From contig MU058781.1 of assembly GCA_013265495.1 (NCBI GenBank), positions 7,545,009 to 7,609,008 on the forward strand: a stretch of 64,000 bases of DNA. The letters run 5' to 3'. The notes beneath the pieces were generated by a model. It did no database searches. It was not told the origin of the DNA and was given only the letters and a program-made list of their open reading frames with translations. Position numbers and translations under genes: made by a program. Shown one piece after another: positions 41,150 through 53,185 of this stretch. The first letter of the stretch is position 1. Each line of letters opens with the position of its first letter. Source of the stretch: Vicugna vicugna (taxonomy: Eukaryota).

Positions 41150-42280
41150 CTTATTTGTTAGTCAGTTCAACAAATATGTAATAAATTCCTCCCGTGGCCC
41201 AGGACTGGGAATATAACTGTAAATAGTGTTCTATTCTCTCCGCCCTTGTGGACGTCATAAAGCCTAAGGGAAGATAAATAAGTCAATGGATCTTTAAAAT
41301 CAAATGTGATGCAGGGCACATTTTGGGGGACAGATGCTGTGAAAGCTCAGAGCAGAGCTCTGCAACCCACTTGTGGGCTCAGAGGAGGACTCTCAGAGAA
41401 ATGTCATGGCGAGTAAGATCTGACTAATGATGCAGGGTCACATCAGCATTGGATCGTGGATGCCAAACTGAGAAATATGAACAGTATAGAGTAACTTATG
41501 TTGTTTGCATTGAAATTTGAAGAAATGATATGATCCAAACTGTTCTTTACCTTGTTTAATCTTGCTGCTACACAGGATGAATATGAGGAGGAAAGAAGTT
41601 AAGAGTTGGGGAGACCAGTTAGCCTATTTTTGGTGAGAGGTAGTAAGTGTTTGAACAAGGTAGTCTAGAAAAAATTAGAGAAATTGATAGACCTGAGATG
41701 TATTGAAGCAGCAGACCTGGGAGCATTTGGCAATGGATTTTATGTTAGAGGGGAAAAGGTGAAGAATGTGAAGATTGTGACTTAGGTAATGTGTTATTGC
41801 AAAAAGGAAATTGAAGGGAGGAGGCATGCTTGGATTAGAGAGGGTCTGGGGAGAGTGTGCTCTGGAGAGAGAGCTGGGCAGACCAGCTTTGGATGCATTG
41901 CATTTGAGATGCCAGAAGTTTATCTTGATAGGAAGTTTTAGATAGATAAAGTTCTGGAGTTTGGGAGAGAATGCCAGAGCTGGAAATAAAGATCTGGAAG
42001 TCTTGCACCACATGGAAATACTGACTGCTTCCATGAAACCAGATGAGATTGTCAAAGGACACAATGTACAGAGAAAAACAAGGAACAGCAAGCCACTAGT
42101 GAGACTCAGGGGCAGGGACAACATGGAGAGGGCGTAAGAGAAAAGATAGAGAAGTCAGAGGAGGAGCAGGTAGAGGAAGGAAGGAAGTGCCAGAAAGTCA
42201 TAAGAGCAGAGTTTCAGGACAGAGGGTAGTGAGTGGGTCGACAGTGTCAGATGTGATCTGAGCTTCCGATATTGGAGCTG
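41150..42280 (-). mobile_element. L2 LINE
   Basis: tcagttcaacaaatat...ggagaccagttag...gcatttggcaatggattt...ctggagtttgggagag...agagctggaaataaagatctggaagtc...gatgagattg. Confidence 0.8.
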
Positions 42281-43019
42281 TGCTTAAAAGACATGCTACT
42301 GTTATGTGTATGCTGCCTCGAGGCAGGCAATGTGCGGGAAGAGAACGGCGAGAATTGTTACTGCTTTATGTGATATTTCCCCTGACGTCAGCTTCCTGTG
42401 TCCTGGGATAATTAACATTTTAAGTCAATTGCTATGAGCACATTTTCATTAAAGCCAAGACTTTAAAAACCAAACCAAACCATTTTGAAATGGTCATTTG
42501 GGTGCAAAGATTTTGTAATTCTGCCTTAGCATCTCTATATAAAACAACTTATTTTAATGACAACCTGAGCTAGAAAAGGTAGTAAATACTTTAAAAGCAA
42601 AATGTTCTCAATTTTAAAAAATGCTGGTGACAGCACAAAAATGAAACTAAGAGAAAGGTGTGAAAAACTAGACAAAGGCAAGCAGATGCTAACTTTCTAA
42701 GCAGGTATGCATTTCATGCAGATGACAGGAAGCTGCCTATCTGGGTAGTGGGCTCTCTTGAAAATTTTCCTGCTAAAATCTGGGCCGCGTTGACATATGT
42801 TAATATCCAACTGGATCCAGGTTGCTCATCTCTCTCAGCCAAGCGTCCATCTCCTGTCAGCTCCCTTCTTAAGTGGTATGGTCACGCACCCCACTTTGCC
42901 CTGGTGTCCTGCTAGAAATATCAGTGGCACCTCCTTTCACTTTCACATGTGTCCCAGCGTGGCTGTTGACGTATATGTTCATCCTACCCCGAGGGCCCTC
43001 ATACACTCAGTGGAAGATA

Positions 43020-43280
43020 AGAGTGAAATCCGAGGGCTCTGACATTCAGATGGACTAGAACTTGAATCCAGATTCCATCCATTTCAAGCTTAGTTTTGCA
43101 AGATTTGATCTTGAGCAAATTTTGACCTCTCTGGGCTTCCTTTACCTCAAATGATAAATGAGAATAATTAGAGAACCTACGGAGGAGGATTACTGTGATG
43201 AGTTAATGGCCATGAGGGTTGAAGCACTTTGCCTGGAACACTCAGAAACACTTGCTAAATGTTACCAGTTATTATTGTCA
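43020..43280 (+). mobile_element. MIR SINE
   Basis: gggctctgacattcag...ttgaatccagattcc...tgatcttgagcaaat...acctctctgggcttc...aaatgagaataatt...gaagcactttgcctggaacac. Confidence 0.75.
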
Positions 43281-46200
43281 TGATTATGACTGTCTTCCTC
43301 CATCCAGAGCACTTCCACAGACCTGGGGTTCATTTAAAGCTATGTTTTTTGTTTGTTTGTTTCTTTTTACAGTTAATGACTTCCTTAGCTTCCAAAGGGA
43401 GTGCCCCTTTCTCTGTGCGCAAAGCCTCCACTACAGATGACACTGCTCCTGGCGTTAAGCGCAGTAAGGAGGCCCCTTAATAATTTTTCACCCAACATCA
43501 TGTTTGCTGTAGTCTCCATGGTAATCAGCAATAGCTCTGGCCCCCATCTGAAGTGAGGATGGGAAAAGAAGTAACAATTATAAACATGCTCCACAAGCTA
43601 CAAAACCAGTATTCTGAGTTCATAACATGTAAATTTATTAAGACATTTCTTTATCTTCACATCTATTGCTACATGTATAATGATACGAATCTTGGGAGAA
43701 GACAGTCTTTTTCTTACAGTTCTGAAATTATCTTCTATGACCTGAAGTCCAAGTTTTCTCATTCTTTGCTGCCACTCTAATGCACCAGGGTAACTGCAAA
43801 CATCTAAAAACCAGACCAAGTTACTCTGGATTTTTTTTTACCATGTCAGAAGTCTGAAAACATGCAAAGTATTCTTTTGCCTTATATAGGCACTATCAAT
43901 TTAGGCTGCAAGTCTGTGTCTCAAAAATTGTATGACACACATAACACAACGATACTAACATCACTCTTGCTTTTTTAAGCCTTTTTCCAGCAGAAGGATC
44001 TTAATCCCAGATCCTCTTCGGCAAATGAAAGAATTAGATCATGAGAGTCACACTGAAAGTATCACCAGTTGCCAGTGTCTTGTCTGATTTTAAGAACTAT
44101 AGGATGGCCGATATGGTTATACGTCACTGAGGGCAGGGCACTTTTACGCCTTCTACATGTATGCTTGGAATTTCTCGTATATCTCATCTGCATGGATGCT
44201 GTGGATATTGGTGGATGTTCATGATCACCTATGAGAAAGGGAGCGAGTGAACCTTGGAATGGTCCTTTTCTGTTAGGATTAACCCTGTTCCAGTTTGGTT
44301 TCAGTTAGGGACAGGTAGGGGGCAGTGTGTGAGCCCCCAGGGGGCTGGTCATACGCATTGGAGGGCTGTAAGTCCTCCAGCAGACACCAGTTTCCACTGT
44401 GCTTCCAAGAAGCCTCAGCGGCTGCATTCTGTTCCCGTCACCCGCTTCCACTCTGAAAGGATCTTCTAGATGAAAATCAGATCACAGGCAGAAGCAAAAA
44501 TCCCTCTTAAATTTCAGATTCTAAATGTATTTGCCACACAGTATATTGTTCTCTGTTCAGGAGACTCCAGCAACTCACTGTTCCAAATGGTATGTCTCAT
44601 CTTCTGATTACCTGAGACTTGCCCACCTGAAACGAAAAGTGCATCATCTTCCCCAGATATTCATAAGCAGGGAAGTGATTAAGAACCCATTCTTCCCAAG
44701 AGGGACCTAAGAATGAATGTTATGTTTGCCATAACATGGAATATGTTCGGACATGTCCCTGAATCTCCTCATTTCTAAAATTGTGATCCTAATAGTAGCC
44801 ACTACAAAAAGCTGCAGCAGAGATCACACGGGATGAAAAAGGCACTTAATCCAGTGTCTGGCGCACAAGTGTCCAGCTCCTGCTGGCCATTACAGTCTGG
44901 TAACCCCTCCCTTAAGTGGGAAGTTTTGATTCTCATAACAGTAGGTTGTAGCCTAGACTGAGACCCCTCATTACGGGACACTGTTCTCCTCATCATGTGA
45001 GACCAGGCTCGATCAAGAATATGATTCAGACCGTCTTCAGTCCTCTGTCTTCAGAAATACGGTTGCTCTGAAGATAGAGAGAAGAGATGATGACAAGTTA
45101 CTGAGCTGGAAATAAAGGGGGAAAAAAGAATGCCTTTATGAGCACACGAGTTTTCAGAAACCTCTCAGCACGTCTAAGGGACTTTATTTGGAACCAGTGC
45201 CATCTGTTTGCCGGATGTCTCTGACAGAAATGTGGCCATGAATTTGGGCCCTTCTTTTTTTTCCCGCCTCAGCTGTGCAGTGTAGCCAGATGTTCTTGTG
45301 TTTCAGAAGCAACCACATCCATCACACTCTTTGTGGGACTGGATCATTCATGCTTGTGTAACTTCATTTCTCCAACAGTGAGACTAGTGTGCTTGTTTAT
45401 CCACATTCCCCCCCTCCCCGATTTTTCCCCCACATTGCTTCAAATTAAATTAAAAGCCAACACTGTCACTAATTAACCAAGGGTGGCACGTTTGTAAACC
45501 TGGATTTGCCGGGTTGCCAGTTGAGGAAAATCCTTCTGCACTCTGCCAAAACCGTGTTTACCAGGCACCCTTGGTGTCTTGGCAGTGCTGCTTGGGTTTT
45601 GTGAGAACATAATGTAGCTGTGTAAAAGATGTCCTTTGGAGATGTTAGCTGACTTGTGTTGTTCCCAGACTTAAATATGCTGTGAACTAATTAACACCAG
45701 CGTGAGAGTAAACATTCCAGTATCGTTACCTTGCGAATAACAGCACACAAATTTCAGTGCATGGGTTTCTGTCTCCTAAAAAGAGAATGATGATGGTTGT
45801 TATCCCAGGAAGAGAAAATATTGGGAAAGTAAACCATTGGCGTCTTCTAGCAGGCAGTCTCTCATCCCACTTTCTAACAAGCTTGCAAACTCCAAGGAAG
45901 AGCCATATAATCAGAAATGCATGTTAGAAATATTGCAGACTTTGGCCATAGAAGAGGTAAGTGTATTTGGGGGCAAATGTGCCATCAGAATGGCTCATTT
46001 AAGGGAGTCATTTGAATTCATGCTGGAAAGAAATGTCTTCTGGCTTTTCCCCCTCCCATTTACATAAGAGCCACTTAACTCCAGGGACTCCTGACTTAAG
46101 ATGACTTTATTGCTTACAGACATGCTGAGGTTGACACCTTCTAGGCTGTAAAGTAAAGAAAGGGGTGCCTGCTTCCTCTGATTCTCTATCTGAGTGACAA

Positions 46201-46416
46201 TGACAGTGAGAATCTGAGAGTCCAAGTGTCCAAAGGAAGTGAATTTGGAGAGGGGAATGGAGATCAGATGTATGGAAATAATGCTGATTTTTATACATTC
46301 CAAATGGAAATACATTTCAGTTTTTTTTCCTTAAAAACTTGTGAAGCTTACTTTTTTCCTTAAAAACTTGCTTTTAGTATAGAAACACATAGACCCCAAA
46401 GTCATCTTTACATATA

Positions 46417-46652
46417 CAGTTGACCCTTGAACAATATGGGTTTGAACTGCACGGGTCCACTTAAATGCAGATTTTTTTTTCCACTATAAATGTTACAGTA
46501 CTACACGATCTGAGGTTGGTTGAATCTGCAGATTTGGAACTGCATATACAGAAGAACCACAAATACCAAGGGCCAACTATTAATTGTACTTGGATTTTTC
46601 ACTGCACAGAAGGTTGACACCTCTAACCCCCTGGTTGTTCAGAGGTCAACTG
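46417..46652. mobile_element. MER8 (Tigger2-derived TcMar MITE), full length
   Basis: TIRs cagttgacccttgaacaa / ttgttcagaggtcaactg, TA duplication at 46415-46416 and 46653-46654, 236 bp long. Confidence 0.92.
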
Positions 46653-46666
46653 TATGTGTACTGTAA

Positions 46667-46875
46667 CAGTGTTGCTCAGTAGAATGTTCTCAGATGATGG
46701 AAATGTTTTCTGTGCTGCCTCATATGGTAGCCTCTAGCCACATAGTTGCCATGGAACGCTTAAAGTACGCCTAGCGAGACTGGGAAACAGATCAATTCAT
46801 TTATATGGTCAATTACATTAATTTAAATGTAAACAGTCACATGTGACTGTGGCCTCTGCCCATTGGACAGCACAG
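46667..46875. mobile_element. MER3-like hAT-Charlie MITE
   Basis: agaatgttctcagatgatggaaatgtt...atatggtagcctctagccacat...ttggacagcacag; about 209 bp. Confidence 0.8.
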
Positions 46876-46894
46876 CCGCTCTACAGCACAGGAT

Positions 46895-47341
46895 GCATAG
46901 CATTATTTTACATTCTTGCACACCTTTTAAATGCCTTTATAATAGAAAATGACTGATTCTCCTATCTGTTTCTGCATTCTATTTTAATAGTTTTGGTTGA
47001 AGTTTATAAAGGAAATCCAGCCATTCCCGGATATATACTCAGAAAGGGAGAAATATCAAGAATCAAGATTTAATTAATTAGCAATTTTTACTGCCTCATC
47101 AAAGACATCCTTAAGTGAAACTAGCTTAAAAAAAAACATGTGTTGCCGTTGGCTGGATTCACGCTAAGGCCCCGGCAGTCTTACCCACCACTGCCTCTGT
47201 GCCAATAGTATAAATGCCAATGCGATGAGTGAAAATAAATAACATTTCAGTATCATTTTGTAAGTGGTTTAAACTTTTTAGACTCCCTGACAGGATATCA
47301 GAACTCCTGGAGTCCCACAGACCACACTTTTAGGCTGCTCT
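46895..47341. mobile_element. Charlie1/MER119-like hAT terminal fragment
   Basis: aatagaaaatgactgattctc...ctgcattc...ctgcctcatcaaagacatccttaagtgaaact...cagaccacacttt. Confidence 0.65.
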
Positions 47342-47362
47342 GGGATCTCTCTGTCTTCACAG

Positions 47363-47379
47363 ACACACACACACACACA
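47363..47379. repeat. (CA)n microsatellite, about 8 units
   Basis: acacacacacacacaca seen directly. Confidence 0.9.
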
Positions 47380-47886
47380 ACCTTTTATCTAACAGAGCAA
47401 CTTAGCTTTATTCGTGGAGACCTTGGAGCCAACCAACAAGAAGAATCCCACTTTCTCCCCCAAACACTTAAGTTATATTTTCCAAAAACTGTAATTCCTA
47501 CCTTAAAAGGGATTCTGCTGCCATTTGTAAGATTTTTTTTAACCCTCTTTTACCCTTTGTTTACCCTCTTCCCATATAGACAGAACCGAGAAAATCGTAT
47601 TTCCTTAATAAATCCTGGCTGGACTAATGGATCAGTGAGCAATGTGTCAGCTGGGCCCATGCACACTCACCTGCTTCTCCTCTTGTTTCATTTTTCTTAA
47701 TAGTCCTTCCTTCCACACAGTTAGTAGGAACAGTCTTTGAGCATTTCTTCTTCTTCTGACTGGTTTATGTGAAGATCACGAGACAGAGCCAGTCCTTAGA
47801 GTGAATACATGCATGCATGGCTGTGTGCCCTTTGGGTAGATGACTACCTGGTAATTATAAGTAGAGTATGTCAAATTGGTATTTTT

Positions 47887-48114
47887 TTTTTTGCTTTGAA
47901 TTTTTTTTTGATTCATAATCATTTTACAGTGTTGTGTCAAATTCCAGTGTTCAGCACAATTTTTCAGTCATTCATGGACATATACACACTCATTGTCACA
48001 TTTTTTTCTCTGTGATTTATCATAACATTTTGTGTATATTTCCTTGTGCTATACAGTGTAATCTTGTTTATCTATTCTACAATTTTGAAATCCCAGTCTA
48101 TCCCTTCCCACCCT
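47887..48114 (-). mobile_element. Young 5'-truncated L1 3' end (same subfamily as 330-564)
   Basis: Perfect 16-bp TSD tcaaattggtattttt at 47871-47886 and 48115-48130, followed by aa (canonical TTTT/AA L1 endonuclease site). Confidence 0.93.
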
Positions 48115-48689
48115 TCAAATTGGTATTTTTAATTGAAACAAAAAAGAAGAGTTGTATCTTTTACTTTCTAGTTCTCAAGGTAAGACTTAGCTGAAATGAG
48201 CTCTATCCCCATCACATGTAATTTTTTAAAAAGAAATTGTCAAAAACTCAAAAAGGATTCTCTACAACCGAGATCTGTTTAAAATTCAAGAGGGCTCCAG
48301 ATGTCTTCCCTATCCTGGATTTTATGATGCTAAAAGTTTAAGAGTTTAGCAAACATCACAGACCCCACTCTTGGCAGAGGATCCACATAGCCTCACATTA
48401 TGTGGGGTTCAATGTACCATCTTTTAGTTACCAGTTTATTTCTGGGCTCATTCCTGACTGGCCAAACTCTGTAAGGCCCCACAGCAAAATGTCTCCAGGG
48501 GATTGTAACACATTCTGAATCTGAGTTGCAAGGGAATCTGCAGACTGTTACTTTCCACTGGAGCCCAGAACAACTGCAGTGAAATAGTTACTTTCTCATA
48601 TAAATGTATTTTCCTAATAACCACTAAGAAAATTTCCGTGATATATGATCAAGAAATATCAAGCTATTGATATGAAAATCTAACATTCT

Positions 48690-48825
48690 AAGGGAAGCAT
48701 GGTGTAATGATGTAAGAAATGGACTGGAAATTGAGAGCCCTCTCTTTTAATCTTTGTTTTGCTCTGGCTTGTTGTATGAACTTGCGCAAGTAATCGAACT
48801 TCTTTAGGTTTCAGATTTAATGTAT
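48690..48825 (+). mobile_element. MIR SINE fragment
   Basis: ggaagcatggtgtaatg...ggactggaaattgagag...tgtatgaacttgcgcaagtaatcgaacttctttaggtttcagattt. Confidence 0.65.
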
Positions 48826-51474
48826 AACGTGATATAAACCATAACTTTCTTTTCAATCTTTGACTTCTATAAATTGATATAATCCATTGATTACCTATCC
48901 TGATGAACCAGGTCACATAACTTGTAGCTTTGCCTTTTGCAAACACAGATTATTAAAAATTCAACTTAATTTCATTTTGCTTGGAAACTACATATTAATG
49001 TACAGATTATGAGATGCAAATATGAGTCTTATGTATATATAATTTTGCTTCCACGTATACTAAGCCAAGTACAGCATTAGAAAGCTGGGGTCAGAAGCTC
49101 TTCATTTTCCACTCAGTGGAATAACTTGTTTTGTCTAACCCCTCAGTAAAATCTAGAGTCAGCAGCACTGGATTTACAAAAACATAAAGATGAAAGTTAC
49201 ATCTAAGTTTTCTGGTTTGCCAATAGCACTGATTATTTGCAAATATAGATTCATAAATATAAAGTCATATACTTGATTAAAAATCTTACATGTCAGAAAC
49301 ATGATGTAACAATGCATTATTTCCTAAATTCTTTATTTCATTGACTGGAACACAATGAATGCCCATTCTTCTTGGTTAAAGTATTCAGGCAAAGGACTTA
49401 TGCACACGTACACATCACAAAGTACTATCTTTGGAAAAAGCTGCCTTCTAACAACTTTCCAATATTGCCGAATTGGTTACAGGAAGGCATGAATGTATGA
49501 ATAGCAGCATATGTCAATGTTTCATGGAGAAAGATACAGTATATGGTTTGAGACTTGGTATAACCACTCCCTTTGCGGTGAGGGTGTGTTTCGTATCAGT
49601 AGCTTCACACACTGGTGCCTTTTATCTTAACATCGCTGCCCCTGTGTCACGTGATCAAATGCTGTCATGGTGAGGGGAGGGGCATTTATTAGTCTCAGAA
49701 CATACAGTGATATATACATTAGAGCAAGTCAGCATGCCGAATTGGTTTAAAAAGACTCTGGATAGAAAAAAAGTTGCCATGACTTCAAATAGGAAATTAA
49801 TTCATGGAAGTGGGCTTCTCACCAGGAAGCACATAGATCAGAAGAGATGGCGGAAACTGCTTTGTCCGTAAGCAAGGCTGAGTTGGTGGTGTGAGTTTGC
49901 TGTTGAGGCTATTCATTGCTTTAAAAAACGCAATTTTAGCCACAAAAATTCTTTTAAATTAAGTTTATATTTTTTATGAACAGACTTTCTGTGGAATAGC
50001 CTTTTACTAAATAGATATTATTTTTGTCCTTTTTTTGATGATTCCAGTTTATGACTTGTTAAATTAGGGAAGTAGAATTCCAGGTTCACCTATAGTGAGT
50101 AATCTGATCATAGTAAATTTAACACGGCCTCATTAGTGTCCACCCCTGTCTCTGGGAAACTGAAGTTTTGTAAAAGCACACACTAAACTGTAGTGGAGGA
50201 AACATCCTTGAGTTAAATGACCAGAAAATCCATATATTTACTCCTTATCACCTGTTCGGAAAATCCTGGTTACAACAAGATGTCATCATTCTAGTCCCTT
50301 AGGATTAGCTTAAGTATGGTTTTTCCTCCCTTTTATCTCTCACTCCCATCAGTTCTATATTTCCTTACTTAGAAATTTCAAGTTAACACTCAAAAAATGC
50401 CCCCAAATGATTTTATTCTATTCTTCTTTGGAGAATATTGCTTCAAGGTGGCGCTGTCTTTATATTTTGATAACCAAGTATAGAGTGAGGGCAACAAGAC
50501 AAGAGAAACCAGAAAGGAATTACAGGAGCAATCGGAGTACTATTGTAGGTGAGGCAACTGGGTGAATCAAACTTTGCATAGTACTTAAAATGGCTGAGAA
50601 GAGTATCATTTGGAAACTAAAGATGTGAGCTTTTAATTGGCAATGACCATACATTCAAACTTTTACGTAAAAACATGCGCTTTTGCTGGTCTGCAGAATG
50701 ATAACCTGCATCTTTTCTCTCTCCCTCATCGATCATCCTGGGAGACTCTGTTTTGTTTAATTTCTGTGGCTGGCTTGCAAGTCTGAGCTGAGACAGGGCT
50801 GTTTCTAAGGATAGTGAATCAAAATAACATCAGCATCACTTCAAACATTGTTTTTGAAATTCAAGTTCAGGGTAAGTAGTTCAGACTACAAATACGTTTA
50901 GCTTCACACCTGCTTTCCTTCCCAACTGTGTATTCAGTGACATTGTGCAGAGCAGCTACAAGGGCAGTTCCATTAGGTTGCACTGACCTTGCAGAAGTGA
51001 AGAATCAAAAAAAGAAAGAAAAAAAGAATGAAAAGAGGGAAAAAAAAACCTTCTTGGTTTGGGCCTAGAAACTAAATAAGCACAAGATAAAAATCAGAGT
51101 GGAAGTGAGTGTCATTGAAATAAAGTGACTTGTTTTTATCACAAGGCTATTTTCAGTGAAGTCCACTCCAGTTCTTATCTTTCTTCACCCTACAGGTTAT
51201 AGATAATGCATGACCATATTAAAATTCTCTTCTTGATCTGAATCTCCCTATCTCTAGTAGGCAAGCTGGGTCCTTGACAGCTTGATTGTATGTGCGTTGA
51301 TTTTTAAAAGACAATAACATGAAACCTTTAAAGTTGGGATTTCCTGATTATTTCAGGCAAAGTTTTATGTATGGCACAGATCTTGCACAGCAGTTTTAGA
51401 GAGCAACAGTAGTTGAATTAAATGATTTAGAGTGAATAGTAGAAATGAGGGCATAGGAGTTCTGATCTGTTTTT

Positions 51475-53185
51475 AGGAAAACTGTTGCTGAAGTGTAACA
51501 TACACACAGAAAAGTACAAAAATGTTAACTTCTCAGTTTGATAAATTTGCACAAAGTCAACACAATCTCCTAAACTAACCATTGCCCAGTTCAAGAAATA
51601 GAACATTAACCAGCACCCAAGAAGCCTCCTTGCCTGCCCTGCCCATACGTGCAGTCTGCCCCCGAAAGTAAATCACTCTCATGACGTTTATCTCCATGGT
51701 GTTAGGTAGCCAGTGTTTGAAATAGATAGAGGCAGAATTATGCAGTGTGTGGTCTTTTGTGTCTGGCTTTTTTCACTCTGTCGTGTGTTCGCGGAGATTC
51801 ACTCAGATTGCTGTCCATGACAGCAGCTCGCTAGTCTCACTGCTGCGTGCTATTGTATGTATCTACAATATGTCAAATGTCCATCAGTATTTGGGCTCTT
51901 AACAAATACTGCTGTGATCATCCTTGTTTTGGCACAGATACATAGGCGTTTCTGTTGCGTGTGTGCTTTGGGGTCATGAGGTATGCAGGTTGTACACATC
52001 CGTAGATACTACCAGACTATTTCTCAAAGCAGCTGTATCCGTTCACACACCCATCGGAAGTGCGGAGCCTTCCAGTTGCCCCATGTCCTCACAGTGTCTT
52101 GGTATTGTCAGTCTTTGTTATTTTAGCCAATTGATGGGTGTGTAGGGGGGGTTACATTTTAGTTTTATGTAGAATTTCCTTGACAGCTAATGAAGGTAGA
52201 CACTTCTCATATGTCTACAGCCCATTTGGAAGTGCTTGTTAAAATCTTACGCCCATTTTTCTCCTAGCATGCTTTTTCATTACTGATGTGTAGGAGTTCT
52301 TTATGTATTTTTGGTCTAGGTCTTTCGTCACGTGTATACATTGCCACATGTGTCTCCCTCTCTCCCTCCCTCTCTGTAGCTTGCCTCGTCATTCTCTGAA
52401 TGGTGCCTTTTAATGAACATACATTTAAATTTAAATTTTGCCCATTTTGCCAAAATTTTTCTAATGATTGGTGCTTTTGGGGTCCCATTTAAGAAATCAT
52501 TTTCTACCCAAATTTGATGAAAATATTCTGTGTTACCTTCTAGGGGCCCTAGGGTTTTTACTTTTTTTTCATTTAGATCCATAAGCCACCTTGAAATATG
52601 AATTATATTGATTTTTCCTCTATAAATATATGTCTCACCCAACATCATTCATTGAAAATACAGTCTGTTCGCTGACTGCGTTGCAGTGACAGCTCTGCTA
52701 CACTTCAGGAGACTGCATTTTTGTGGGGCTGTTTCTGGATTCTCCATGCTCTTCTATTGCTGTATGTGTTTCATTAGGCCAGTGCCACATCATAGTAATT
52801 ATAAAGTTTTAGAATAAGTTTGGTATCTGGTAGTGTAAGTTTTCCAACTTTATCTTTCTTCAAGATAGCCTTTCGTTTACATAGTCGGTTTTGAATAAAC
52901 TTGACAATCTCCCACTGCAACAACACAACAACAGAACTTTCTGGGGTTTTGATAGGAATTGCAGTCACTATATAGATCAGTTTGGGAAAATTTGAAACTT
53001 TGAAAATACTGTCTTCAATCTGTAAACATGCAATATGCTTCTATTTATTTAGATGTCCTTCAGTTTCTCTCATTAATGTTTCTAATTTTCACTGCAGAAG
53101 TCTTGCACATCTTTCCTAGGTATTTGAAACTTTTGGAGCTAGTGTAAGTGGTATATATTATTTTAGATTTAAGTTTGCAGTTGTT
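51475..53185 (-). mobile_element. L1ME-like 3' end plus decayed ORF2
   Basis: gaagtgtaacatacacacagaaaagtac...ttttgtgtctggctttt...taggagttctttatgtatt...ttttccaactttatctttcttcaagat...atagatcagtttggg...gaagtcttgcacatc. Confidence 0.85.

Noticed and set aside
41675..42124. 149-aa minus-strand ORF
   Set aside because: Falls inside the L2 element.
50865..50880. Isolated strong donor cagg|gtaagt
   Set aside because: No convincing paired acceptor or reading frame; lone sites are common.
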